A DNA stretch of 64,000 nucleotides from a virus. A program made the position numbers and the translations under genes. This document shows positions 19,982 to 29,749 of this stretch, piece by piece. Position 1 is the first letter of the stretch; every line of letters begins with the position of its first letter. The notes beneath the pieces were generated by a model. That model saw only the letters and a program-made list of their open reading frames with translations, was not told where the DNA came from and ran no database searches. The stretch covers positions 1 through 64,000 of IMG/VR virus record IMGVR_UViG_3300029634_000047; one strand, 5' to 3'.

Positions 19982-20787
19982 AAAGAAAGATTGATTTTTT
20001 GATTGTGGCACTATTTGCCGTTGTTTTGTTTGCTTCATGCGAAAGAGTTGCTCCCAATTATGCCGGTGTCCTTATGGAGAACTACGGCAAACAAGGGAAA
20101 GAAGATTTTAAAATCGTTGCCGGTAAGGTATCTACATGGGAATTAGGCACAGAGCTTTTTCAAGTTCCGCTATTCGATCAGCGCGGAGAATTTTCTGATC
20201 CAGTCACACTAAAGGCAGCCGACAATACAGAGTTTACAGCCCGGCCAACTTACTCTTATAAAGTAATGAAAAACAGGGCTATTGATATTGTATTTGATAA
20301 CAAGCATATTGATAAGGCTGACACCCCATCGGGAAAAGATGGCTTTATGCAATCATTAGAAGATAATATTTTGGAGCCACGTATATATGATCTTATCAAA
20401 GAAGAAAGTCGCAAACATAAAACAGACAGTCTGATGGCTGACGGTGGTTCATTGGTATTTGAAAAGAGACTGGAACAGATCGTTGATAAAGAATTTGAGA
20501 AACGGGGATTGCAGTTGTTGACCTTCTCCGCACAATTGGAATTTTCAAGAGCTGTCCGCGATAAAATAGATAGCCGTAACGAGGTAAACACTAATATTTC
20601 GGTACTTGATCAGAAGATTGAAGAACAAAAGAAGCAAAACGAACTGGAGCAACTAAAAACAGAACAAGCTTTAATTGCGTCCCGTGGACTCACCCGTGAG
20701 ATTTTATATAAACAATTTATAGACAAGTGGGACGGGAAGACACCTCTATATGGCATTGCTCCTGAATTTTTAAAAATGACAAAATAA
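19978..20787 (+). CDS. SPFH/band-7 family lipoprotein
   Basis: Lipobox LFASC; SPFH-like core then coiled coil. Confidence 0.45.
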   Translation: MKRKIDFLIVALFAVVLFASCERVAPNYAGVLMENYGKQGKEDFKIVAGKVSTWELGTELFQVPLFDQRGEFSDPVTLKAADNTEFTARPTYSYKVMKNRAIDIVFDNKHIDKADTPSGKDGFMQSLEDNILEPRIYDLIKEESRKHKTDSLMADGGSLVFEKRLEQIVDKEFEKRGLQLLTFSAQLEFSRAVRDKIDSRNEVNTNISVLDQKIEEQKKQNELEQLKTEQALIASRGLTREILYKQFIDKWDGKTPLYGIAPEFLKMTK

Positions 20788-20788
20788 T

Positions 20789-20998
20789 ATGCTGACATTT
20801 CAACAAAGAAGAGATACGATATTGTCTCAATTTGCACAAGCAAAAGCCGATTTGGAAACACTTAATAGTGATATTGATGCAGAAATCGAAAAGAATAAAT
20901 CTGTTATTTCTACACTAACTTCTAAAAATACAGAATTGGCCTCTTTAAAAAGTAATAATGAAGGCTCAATCAAGACTTTTGCTAAATTCCTAAAATAA
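20789..20998 (+). CDS. coiled-coil hypothetical protein
   Basis: ORF. Confidence 0.3.
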   Translation: MLTFQQRRDTILSQFAQAKADLETLNSDIDAEIEKNKSVISTLTSKNTELASLKSNNEGSIKTFAKFLK

Positions 20999-21304
20999 TA
21001 ATTATCAACCCGATTAATAATCAGCTTCTCCCGGTGTGGCTTGACCGCCTATCCGGGAACTATCATGCCTCACCTTTTTTCTTCTCTTTGCAAGTCGAGC
21101 CGAGTACGCTGCATACGCTCCACGGCGGTAGATACTACAAAGAGTCTTTTTGTTCATATAAGAATGCCTCTATTGTGGAGGCAAACGAATAAGTGGCGGA
21201 ATTGGAAGACGCTTAGTTTCTGTGGTAAAAATGCACGAATAGCATCACGAGTCAGGTAATCATGCTATTAACACTTGACATACGTACAAACGGAAGCAGA
21301 AACG

Positions 21305-21350
21305 AAAATCCTGATTGCAACAGTTCCCGGTTCGAGTCCGGGCTTATTCT
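21305..21350 (+). other. tRNA-like 3' fragment (anticodon-like loop, T-arm cccgg-ttcgagt-ccggg, acceptor 3' strand)
   Basis: GGTTCGAGTCC T-arm motif; no full cloverleaf within a normal tRNA length. Confidence 0.3.
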
Positions 21351-21365
21351 CATAAATCAATCATT

Positions 21366-21539
21366 ATGAAAGTTGAAATTCCCGACTATTTCTTAAAATC
21401 CTTTATCCGACATTTTGAAAGGATAACCGAGAATTGTAAAGCATCACCTTCTGACATCAAGACCAGTGAAGCACTAAGGCTTGGAAAGAAAGATATAGTT
21501 AAGCTCAAAAGATTTGTAAACAAAAAGTATAATTTATGA
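21366..21539 (+). CDS. hypothetical protein
   Basis: ATG at 21366 within track ORF 21315-21539. Confidence 0.3.
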   Translation: MKVEIPDYFLKSFIRHFERITENCKASPSDIKTSEALRLGKKDIVKLKRFVNKKYNL

Positions 21540-21991
21540 AACGAAGGATCATAGGTATAGATGTTGGCAAAAACGGTGGAATTGTAGTGTACGACACCGA
21601 GAATAACAGATTATTGGAGTGTATCAAAATGCCACCAACTCCCAAAGACTTATTAGATTTTCTCTCTATATACAAAGAAAATAGCGTTTGTTATTTGGAA
21701 CGAGTGAATGGCATGACCGGACAAAGTGCTTCTGCCTCTTTTGTTTTTGGAGAAGGTTACGGACAGCTGACTATGGGATTGATAGCTTGTGGGATTCCGA
21801 CAGTAACAGTATCTCCACAAATTTGGCAAAAAGCTTTCGGATTACGGAATACAGACAAATTGAGTAAGACAGAATGGAAAAACACCTTAAAGAAGAAAGC
21901 TCAACAGCTGTTCCCGTATGCAAAAGTTACATTGGCAACTTCGGATGCCTTACTAATATGTGAATATGGTAGAATTAAAGAAAAGGAATAA
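21536..21991 (+). CDS. RuvC-like Holliday junction resolvase
   Basis: N-terminal IIGIDVGKNGGIVVYD motif of RuvC/YqgF-fold resolvases. Confidence 0.55.
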   Translation: MKRRIIGIDVGKNGGIVVYDTENNRLLECIKMPPTPKDLLDFLSIYKENSVCYLERVNGMTGQSASASFVFGEGYGQLTMGLIACGIPTVTVSPQIWQKAFGLRNTDKLSKTEWKNTLKKKAQQLFPYAKVTLATSDALLICEYGRIKEKE

Positions 21992-22264
21992 TGGAAAATT
22001 TTAAAAAATGCAGTAAATGTGGCCGGGAACTTCCGGCCAGCGAGTTTTGGAAAAATGCTTCAACCGAAGATGGATTGCAGACATATTGCAAAGAGTGCGG
22101 TAATGTTTATGCCAAAAACCGTAAGAAAACTCCGGGGGGGGGGATTGAAGAAAATATATTCCAATCCTGAATTGGCAAGATTTTCTCCACGGGAACTTAT
22201 CGCAGAATTGAAAGCGCGTGGATATACCGGAGAATTAAAATTTACCCAAACAATATCATTATAA
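21991..22264 (+). CDS. zinc-ribbon protein interrupted at a G10 tract (22134-22143)
   Basis: ATG 21991 frame: MENFKKCSKCGRELPASEF...CKECGNVYAKNRKKTPGGG then shifts; downstream frame (track 22019-22264) continues LKKIYSNPELARFSPRELIAELKARGY. Confidence 0.45.
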
Positions 22265-22803
22265 TGGAAAAGTTACGTCTATTGGTTACAACCAAATGTC
22301 CGAACAAATGTCCTATGTGTTGCAACAACTCATGGGATTTTTCAAAATTACCAGTTGTTGAGCATTTTAATTACAAAGAGATCATGATAACTGGTGGAGA
22401 GCCACTTTTGTTTCCTGAAAAACTGTCAAATTTGGCCGAAAGTATCAGAACCGTTCAGAAATTGGCCTATGGCAATAAAGGAAAATTATTTCTATATACG
22501 GCACTGGCTGATATGCTTCCCAATTATATCAGATATTTCGATGGAGTTGTTTACACTCCACATTCTGCTAATGATGTTCATAGTTTATTGAAGACCAATA
22601 ATTTTTTGTTGGACTACAAAGATGAACTTATGGAAAGTAAATCTCTTCGACTCAATCTTTTTCCTGATATTAAAAAGCATATTCCTGATAACACAAACCT
22701 TTCGTTATGGAAAGTAAAAGATATGCAATGGATCAAAGATTGCCCGGTTCCGGCGGCTGATGAAGAGTTCAAAAGAGTAGCTGAATTATGGGAGGTGGAA
22801 TGA
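22264..22803 (+). CDS. small radical SAM protein (activase/QueE-like)
   Basis: CPNKCPMC (CX3CX2C) cluster motif and ITGGEPLLF SAM-binding motif; 179 aa. Confidence 0.55.
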   Translation: MEKLRLLVTTKCPNKCPMCCNNSWDFSKLPVVEHFNYKEIMITGGEPLLFPEKLSNLAESIRTVQKLAYGNKGKLFLYTALADMLPNYIRYFDGVVYTPHSANDVHSLLKTNNFLLDYKDELMESKSLRLNLFPDIKKHIPDNTNLSLWKVKDMQWIKDCPVPAADEEFKRVAELWEVE

Positions 22804-23895
22804 TGAAAGATGTAATTACCCCCCCCCAAACATCTCTATCCGTATCGCTGGTTTTTAGAAGATACTGTTTTTACTAAAGATAAAGGAAAGGTCTTTTCTT
22901 GCTTTGCGTGTGGTGGTGGCTCTACAATGGGGTACAAGTTAGCCGGATTTGATGTAATTGGCTGCAATGAAATAGATCCCAAAATGATGAAATGCTACAT
23001 TGAAAACCATAATCCTCAATATACTTTCTTAGAAGATATTCGTGATTTAGTGAGAAGGAATAATCTTCCCGAAGAATTGTACAATTTAGATATATTGGAC
23101 GGATCACCACCTTGCAGTACATTTAGCATGTCGGGATTACGTGAAGATGCGTGGGGTAAAGAAAAGAAATTCAAGGAAGGTCAAAAGACACAAGTTTTAG
23201 ATACGCTCTTTTTTGATTTTATTGCACTTGCCAAACGCTTAAAACCTAAAGTTGTTATTGCTGAAAATGTGAAAGGACTTCTTTTAGGGAATGCGATTGA
23301 TTATGTCAGACGTATATACAAAGGCTTTGAGGAAGCTGGTTATTATTGTCAGCATTTTCTTCTTGATGCTTCTAAAATGGGAGTACCTCAAAAAAGAGAA
23401 CGTGTATTCTTTATATGTATCAGGCATGATTTGGGAGTCCATTTTCTAAAAGTTTCAGACCTCTTCAATGTTGAGCCACATATTTGTATGAAGTTTAATG
23501 AAATACCCATTTTGATGAAAGAAATAACAGACTTTAAGGGGAAAGAAATTAAAAATGGTACAAAAATTCGATATGTTTGGGAACATAGAGAAATTGCTGA
23601 TAAAGACATGTCTGATACATGTATGCGACTATACGGTAAAGAGTTATTCTTCTCAAAGAAATATATACTTGAAGATCGCATTTGCAATACGATAACTTCC
23701 AAGCATGATGATTTGGTACACTTTACACAACCTTTATATCTAAGTACATCTGAAATCTGTAAAGTATCTACTTTCCCCATCGACTATAACTTTTACAACC
23801 AATCCCCACATTATATCTGTGGAATGAGTGTACCACCCGTTATGATGGCACAAGTAGCCTCACGAGTATGGAAATATTGGTTATCTAAATTATAA
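22803..23895 (+). CDS. DNA (cytosine-5)-methyltransferase interrupted at a C9 tract (22819-22827)
   Basis: Motif I FSCFACGGGS (upstream of track ORF, other frame), motif IV PPCSTFSMSG, motif VI AENVKGLL; ATG 22803 overlaps upstream stop (TGATG); C8 would fuse. Confidence 0.8.
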
Positions 23896-23900
23896 ATCAA

Positions 23901-24870
23901 ATGAAATCAGAAGAATTAGCAGCCCAATGGTGTCGGGATCATCCTGATGCAACATTGGAACAAGCATTCATGGCCGGATTAAGCCATAAGATGAATATGA
24001 ATAAGGATTCTCTTTCTGAAAGGAAAGACAAATTCAGAAGTGAAGTTCTCATGTATAGAGGGAAATATCCTGATGATATGTTGAAGGACTTTTTCGAGTA
24101 TTGGACTGAATGCGGAGGACGGAAAATGCGCTTTGAGAAGGAACGTACATTTGAAGTTTCCAAACGTTTAGTCAGATGGTCTAATAATGATTTTAACAAG
24201 TATGGGAAACAACTTAATTCAAGTCAACAGCAATCTCCCGGCAACCGAAAAGAAAGCGTTGAAAGACTTGCTGACCTTGCAAGCGGAGTATTACAAGGGA
24301 TTGCACGTAAGTTCGATTAAAGAAGCTGTTCTCAATACTCCTAATCTACCACTCTCCGTTATAAAAAGAGAAATCACATTGGCTGGTGCAAGAGCTATAC
24401 TGGTAATTGCGATTAACGAGCTTGTGTCTTTTTTCAATGTTGGAAAAACGATGAATGATGTTCAAGTGGCACTTACCGCTGATCTAATAATAGACAGATT
24501 CTATTATCTCAAATTGGAGGAAATCAAATTGTGTTTCCGTAATGCTATGGCTTCCGGTAAGATTTACGATAGACTGGACGGTAATATCATTCTCGGCTGG
24601 TTAAATGAATACGATGCACAGCGTGATGAAATTGTTTCTTCTCTTTCAATTAATGAAACCCATGAACAAAATAATGACAACACTGGAATGTTCTATGGAG
24701 AATATATCAAACATCTAACTGAAAGATCGGAAAATGGAGATGAAGAGGCCAAAGAACTACTGGAATCCCATCAATCATTCATGCAAAGAATGAAATCAAA
24801 TGATAAAGAAGCCGCTTTCAAAAAATGGAAAGAAGAATATTATGGAAGAACTAAGAAACAAACTACTTGA
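23901..24870 (+). CDS. hypothetical protein(s): two ORFs (23901-24320, 24187-24870) overlapping by 134 nt in the +1 frame, possibly one gene
   Basis: Frame relation matches the single-base-insertion pattern seen elsewhere. Confidence 0.3.
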
Positions 24871-25552
24871 CTGGGCAAAACAATTTGAAACACCTGATTT
24901 TATAAAAGATGATCCTATATTTTTCCCACATAAGTACAGTGATAAAAAGGACATAGAAATCAGTGCCTTTCTTACTTCATGGATAGCTTTCGGGAATCGC
25001 AAACTGATAATGCAGCAAGCGGAAATTTTGGATAATCTAATGGGTAATTCTCCTTACGCCTTCATTATGAACAAAGTATGGGAACAATACAAAGAAAATA
25101 CAAATACCTTCTACCGTATGTTCACCTACCATGACTTTTTCTGCATTTGCCAGCGGTTGTACAACATATATCAGGAATGGGATGATTTGGAAGTCTTTTA
25201 TGAGGGTTACAATAATGTTATCCGTGAAATACAAACAGATTTTGGTGGCGTAAAAGGTATTCCAAAATTGGAGCGTGATTCTCCATGCAAGCGTATTTGT
25301 CTGTTTCTACGGTGGGTAGTACGAAAATCGCCGGTGGATTTAGGTATTTGGACTATTATTCATCCAACAGAATTATACATACCATTGGATGCGCATGTTG
25401 CAAAGATGGCACACCGGCTTGGGATAACAACACGCAAAACAGAAGACTGGAAAATGGTTCAACAAGTAACCAATTACATGAAAACAATTTTCCCGGATGA
25501 TCCGTGCCGGGGAGATTTTGCATTATTCGGATATAGTATTAACAATAAATAA
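24842..25552 (+). CDS. TIGR02757/DUF2400-like (HhH-GPD-related) protein
   Basis: Overall pattern resembles the conserved TIGR02757 family. Confidence 0.35.
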   Translation: MEELRNKLLDWAKQFETPDFIKDDPIFFPHKYSDKKDIEISAFLTSWIAFGNRKLIMQQAEILDNLMGNSPYAFIMNKVWEQYKENTNTFYRMFTYHDFFCICQRLYNIYQEWDDLEVFYEGYNNVIREIQTDFGGVKGIPKLERDSPCKRICLFLRWVVRKSPVDLGIWTIIHPTELYIPLDAHVAKMAHRLGITTRKTEDWKMVQQVTNYMKTIFPDDPCRGDFALFGYSINNK

Positions 25553-25560
25553 TTTACATT

Positions 25561-26145
25561 ATGTCAGAACTTAAAATCACACAAGAAAAGGTTACAGCCG
25601 CTTTTAGTGAAGCAAACGACTGTCCTAAAGCAATTAGTATTCTAACAGCTTTATTCGGAAAGCAAAAGCCGGATTATACAGATTATCACAATATCAAAAC
25701 CTACGAAGATGCTTGTGAAGCAATAGGTGTAAAACCTATTGTTCGCCTACTTGTTGAAGATGAAGACGGACACAAAGAAGAAGTGGCTGATATTGCACAC
25801 CTCGCCTACATCAAACTATGCACAATTGCCCGTGCATTGAACAACGATCCTGATTTTCCACGATTTACTAAAGATGAATACCGTTATACGCCGTGGTTTT
25901 ATCTTTATAATCAGAAAGAAATTGATGAAATGGACGAAGAGGATCGTAATCGGCTGGTTCTTTGGGGCGGTAGTGCGTATAACGGTGCGAGTTGCGGCCT
26001 CGCTTCTGCGAACTCGAGTATCGCTTGGTCGTGCTCGGCTGCGCATGTCGGCTCTCGCCTTGCTGTAAAATCAAGTGAAATCGCAATTTACTTTGGAGAA
26101 CAATTCAAAGAATTATGGAAAGACTTTCTGATTGGAAAAAAGTAA
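25561..26145 (+). CDS. DGR target protein 2 (small, VR2 near C-terminus)
   Basis: C-terminal LVLWGGSAYNGASCGLASANSSIAWSCSAAHVGSRLA encoded by VR2. Confidence 0.6.
   Translation: MSELKITQEKVTAAFSEANDCPKAISILTALFGKQKPDYTDYHNIKTYEDACEAIGVKPIVRLLVEDEDGHKEEVADIAHLAYIKLCTIARALNNDPDFPRFTKDEYRYTPWFYLYNQKEIDEMDEEDRNRLVLWGGSAYNGASCGLASANSSIAWSCSAAHVGSRLAVKSSEIAIYFGEQFKELWKDFLIGKK
25953..26059 (+). repeat. DGR variable repeat VR2
   Basis: About 107 bp homologous to TR; all 17 mismatches lie at TR adenines. Confidence 0.8.
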
Positions 26146-26379
26146 TCACACTGGGGAGGCCGCATTAAAGCGGCCTTTTCCATACCTTTTAAATCTATGA
26201 CTCCAAAAGAATTTTTCGACAAAGTGGTAGAAATGCGCCGTTGCCAAAAAGAATATTTTAAAAATAAGAGACAGATAGATTTACGAATAAGTAAACAAAT
26301 TGAGCGTGAAGTAGATGAAGAAATTGAACGTGTTCAAAAAATCCTTCATGACAAACAGAATCCGCAACTCTTTTAGACT

Positions 26380-27006
26380 ATGGTTAATATGAAAATCCTT
26401 GACCTGCCATTAAAAGCAAAATGGTATGAAATGATCGAATCCGGAAATAAGAAAGAAGAATACAGAGAGATCAAGAAATACTGGATCGGAAGATTAGCAA
26501 AATGTGGAGGTCACAATTCCTATGAAAAGACTGGTTTCTACTGTAAGAAAGCTATTTGTTTTTCTTGTATTACACGTGGAAACGGCTTTCATCCCAAAGA
26601 ATACACTCATGTTCGCTTCCGTTTTGGCTACACCCAACGGACAATGCTTTTTGAACTTGAATCTATAACCATCGGAGTTGGTAACACCAATTGGGGAGCA
26701 CCGGACAACGAATGTGTATTTATACTTAAACTGGGAAAATGTATTAAAAAAATGAAAGTAAGGACTCAACAGAATTTCAACCGAAAAACTAATGAAACAG
26801 TATTCGGTATCAGCATCATGCCTGACGGTGGCAAAAGATATTGCAAATATCCAATAGGCCACCAAGAATACAAAGACTATACCCAAGCACACCAAGCTAT
26901 GAAAGATGTACAAAAGATATTGGATAATGGAGGCCGATTAGTGTATTCTCCCAAAGGTAGTGCCGGGATTAATAAAAATGAATATGTAAAAATTGAAATG
27001 ACATAA
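26380..27006 (+). CDS. ASCH-domain protein
   Basis: N-terminal LKAKWYEMIESGNKKEEYRE...HVRFRFGY resembles ASCH fold. Confidence 0.4.
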   Translation: MVNMKILDLPLKAKWYEMIESGNKKEEYREIKKYWIGRLAKCGGHNSYEKTGFYCKKAICFSCITRGNGFHPKEYTHVRFRFGYTQRTMLFELESITIGVGNTNWGAPDNECVFILKLGKCIKKMKVRTQQNFNRKTNETVFGISIMPDGGKRYCKYPIGHQEYKDYTQAHQAMKDVQKILDNGGRLVYSPKGSAGINKNEYVKIEMT

Positions 27007-27008
27007 AA

Positions 27009-27863
27009 ATGAAAATATTAGTAAGTTTTTCAGGTGGTAAGGATTCACAAGCATGTTTGATCCAAGCCTTCAAACAATATGGGGGGGGGGGGAATTTAAC
27101 CGCTGTGTTTTGTGACACCGGTTGGGAACACCCTGACACATATAAACATGTGAATGATGTTTGTCTGCAAATGGGAGTAAAACTTATAACTCTCAAATCA
27201 AAATACGATTTTGTGTCTTTAGCAGCTCATAAGAAAAGATTTCCTTCCACGAATGCACGGTTTTGTACCAGTGAACTAAAAATGAAGCCAATGATTGATT
27301 ATGTACTTTCTTTGAAAGAAAGCTGCATTATCATACAAGGTATCAGAGCCGGAGAAAGTACAGCACGTGCGGCAATGGAAGAGGAATGTATGTACTTTAA
27401 ATCGTATTTTCAACCTAATAAAAAAGGAAGAACTGAAAATTACCGAAGTAAAGATGTCAAAGAATGGTGTTCCCAATATGACGCCTCTGTTCTAAGGCCA
27501 ATCTTTAAATGGAGTGCGCAGCAAGTTATAGATTGCATACTGGATGCAGGGCAGGAACCGAATCCATTGTATTATCGCGGATTCTCACGTGTTGGATGTT
27601 TCCCATGTATTATGTGTCGGCACAAAGAAATTGAACTTATAGCCAAAAATGATCCTGAAATGTGTCAACGTCTGATTCAAGCAGAGAAAAGCGTAGGACA
27701 TTCCTTCTTCCCTCCATCATACATACCTCAAAGATTTTGTAAGAACAAACAATATCCTTATGTAGAGGAAGTTTTGGAATATGTTAAAGAACATACCCCT
27801 GATATGTTCGAGCCAGAAGGTGGATATGCCTGCATGAGTCTGTTCCATGGGTTATGCGAATAA
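27009..27863 (+). CDS. PAPS-reductase-family/PP-loop ATP pyrophosphatase (DndC/phage PAPS reductase-like); contains in-frame G12 (27081-27092)
   Basis: SFSGGKDS PP-loop, C-terminal CxxC cysteines. Confidence 0.65.
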   Translation: MKILVSFSGGKDSQACLIQAFKQYGGGGNLTAVFCDTGWEHPDTYKHVNDVCLQMGVKLITLKSKYDFVSLAAHKKRFPSTNARFCTSELKMKPMIDYVLSLKESCIIIQGIRAGESTARAAMEEECMYFKSYFQPNKKGRTENYRSKDVKEWCSQYDASVLRPIFKWSAQQVIDCILDAGQEPNPLYYRGFSRVGCFPCIMCRHKEIELIAKNDPEMCQRLIQAEKSVGHSFFPPSYIPQRFCKNKQYPYVEEVLEYVKEHTPDMFEPEGGYACMSLFHGLCE

Positions 27864-27875
27864 ATAAAAATATTA

Positions 27876-28019
27876 TGAAGAAAATACTGCTTATCTGTAC
27901 ACTCCTTGCTTTGCTAACTGGATGTACTGCACCGAAAGTTTATAAAAAGAATCGCTTTACAAAACAGTTTCAAGAAGCAGATTCAATGTTTAATGAAAAA
28001 TATGGATTAAATGAGTAAA
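27876..28019 (+). CDS. small lipoprotein (47 aa, not in track)
   Basis: MKKILLICTLLALLTGC signal peptide with lipobox. Confidence 0.35.
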
Positions 28020-28352
28020 GATAATATAGCTCAACAATACAATAATATGGTTGCAAGTATTGAAGATGCTAAAATTTATGATGGCCGGGGAGAATATAAC
28101 CTATATGAATGTAATAAATGCAATAATTATAAGGTAACTCTATACAAAGACAAAGGTGTAACTCCCTTCATCATGAGATGTAAATGCGGAGGGGATATGA
28201 TGCACACGAAATCTTCAAAACAAGCTCCACCGTCATACGTGAAAGTTCATAATTGGGTACGCCCCAGTTTGAAGCAAACAATGTCATTGAGTGAAGGTAT
28301 GCGTAATCATATTCTAAATGGAGGATTAATATTAGAGGATGAATTAAAGTGA
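28011..28352 (+). CDS. Cys-rich hypothetical protein
   Basis: CNKCNN...CKCGG motifs. Confidence 0.3.
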   Translation: MSKDNIAQQYNNMVASIEDAKIYDGRGEYNLYECNKCNNYKVTLYKDKGVTPFIMRCKCGGDMMHTKSSKQAPPSYVKVHNWVRPSLKQTMSLSEGMRNHILNGGLILEDELK

Positions 28353-28361
28353 TCTGATAAA

Positions 28362-28709
28362 ATGAAAGAAATAACTATTGGCGACAAATCTTTAATGCAA
28401 ATATCAAAAGAGGATATTTTACAATTAGCCGTGATGCAAGGTTGTTGTGCTCATTTAGATTTTTGGAATTATCCCACTTTACTGGAATATGACAATACCA
28501 TGTTTTCTGATACAGTCGTTATATCGTATAAATCTACAAGAAAAGAGGATGGAATTGAAAGTATTCCGTTGGTTTTCTTCTTTTGTGTTAGCGACTTATC
28601 TTATCATTATCATAGAGAAAACGTAACAGAAAAATGGTATGGAGAACGTTTAAAAATAAAAGCTATAAAGTTCCTCATAGAAAAAGGATATGATGTGCCA
28701 ATTTATTAA
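28362..28709 (+). CDS. hypothetical protein
   Basis: ORF. Confidence 0.3.
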   Translation: MKEITIGDKSLMQISKEDILQLAVMQGCCAHLDFWNYPTLLEYDNTMFSDTVVISYKSTRKEDGIESIPLVFFFCVSDLSYHYHRENVTEKWYGERLKIKAIKFLIEKGYDVPIY

Positions 28710-28729
28710 TAGTACAGAAAGGAGCCAAT

Positions 28730-29399
28730 ATGCCAATAAGTGAAGTTTATAATATGGATTGCATGGAATATATGAAAAATATTCCTGATAAGTTCTTTGA
28801 TTTAGCGATAGTCGATCCCCAGTATGGCATAGACATAATGCATAAAGGTGGGATGCCGAAGCATTTAGGCTTTAAACAATATAAAAGAAAAGATTGGGAT
28901 AAGTCCCCCCCCCGGAAAGAAATATTTTGAGGAACTATTCAGGGTATCGAAGAATCAAATAATTTTTGGTGGTAACTACTTTACTACCTATCTTCCTCCC
29001 AAAATGGGGTGGATTGTTTGGGATAAAGGACAACATGGATTAACTATGTCTGATGGTGAATTGGCATGGAGTAGTTTTGACAAGGCTCTTCGGATCATAA
29101 CTCTAAACCGGTGTACAATTGGAGAACGAGGTGGAAATATCCATCGTTGTCAGAAGCCAGTGAAATTATATGCTGAAATATTAAGAAAAAACGCCAAAGA
29201 GGGAGACAAAATTTTTGATAGTCATTTAGGTTCAGGAAGCAGCAGAATAGCTGCTTATGGACTTGGATTCGATTTCTATGCAACCGAAATAGATGAAGAA
29301 TACTTTGAAGCACAAGAAGAACGTTTTCACCGGGAATGTTTTGGGGAGATAAAAACAGAGAGAGGAACATTGGTTCAAACTAATTTATTTGATAAATAG
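28730..29399 (+). CDS. DNA N6-adenine methyltransferase interrupted at a C9 tract (28905-28913)
   Basis: N-part DLAIVDPQYG (motif IV-like); middle KNQIIFGGNYF and C-part HRCQKPVKLY...DSHLGSGSS in the other frame; C8 would fuse. Confidence 0.7.
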
Positions 29400-29401
29400 A
29401 T

Positions 29402-29749
29402 ATGAAGCAGACATTAGAAGAAGCCGTAAATGAAATTGGAGGTGTACATCCTGACTGGGATAAAATAACTTGTTTTAGAATAGGATTTAAAGAAGGAGCC
29501 AGATGGCAAACAAAACAACCTCCGTGGGTATCAGTGAAAGAACGGTTGCCGAATGAAAATGAAGACATTATCATTCTATGTAAACATGGTGCGATTTTTA
29601 ACGGTACATATAGCAACAATGTATGGTTCTGCATGGATGGTTATATCCATGATATGTACAAAGGTAATCCGATTTACTCTTCAATGAGCAGCATACCTTC
29701 ATCATGGGAACCGATAGCATGGATGCCAAGACCTAAATTTGAAGAATAA
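29402..29749 (+). CDS. hypothetical protein
   Basis: ORF. Confidence 0.3.
   Translation: MKQTLEEAVNEIGGVHPDWDKITCFRIGFKEGARWQTKQPPWVSVKERLPNENEDIIILCKHGAIFNGTYSNNVWFCMDGYIHDMYKGNPIYSSMSSIPSSWEPIAWMPRPKFEE

Noticed and set aside
21188-21350. Full tRNA or tmRNA spanning gaataag...cttattc with internal GCAAACGAATAA tag-like codons
   Set aside because: 163 nt is too long for a tRNA. No canonical D-arm. The putative tag ends ANE* rather than an ALAA-type tag. No pseudoknot-rich body as in tmRNA.
22264-27863. 7-deazaguanine (QueC/QueD/QueE/DpdA) DNA modification pathway
   Set aside because: Only a small rSAM and a PP-loop enzyme are present. No QueD, FolE or TGT-like DpdA was recognised, so the pathway call is unsupported.
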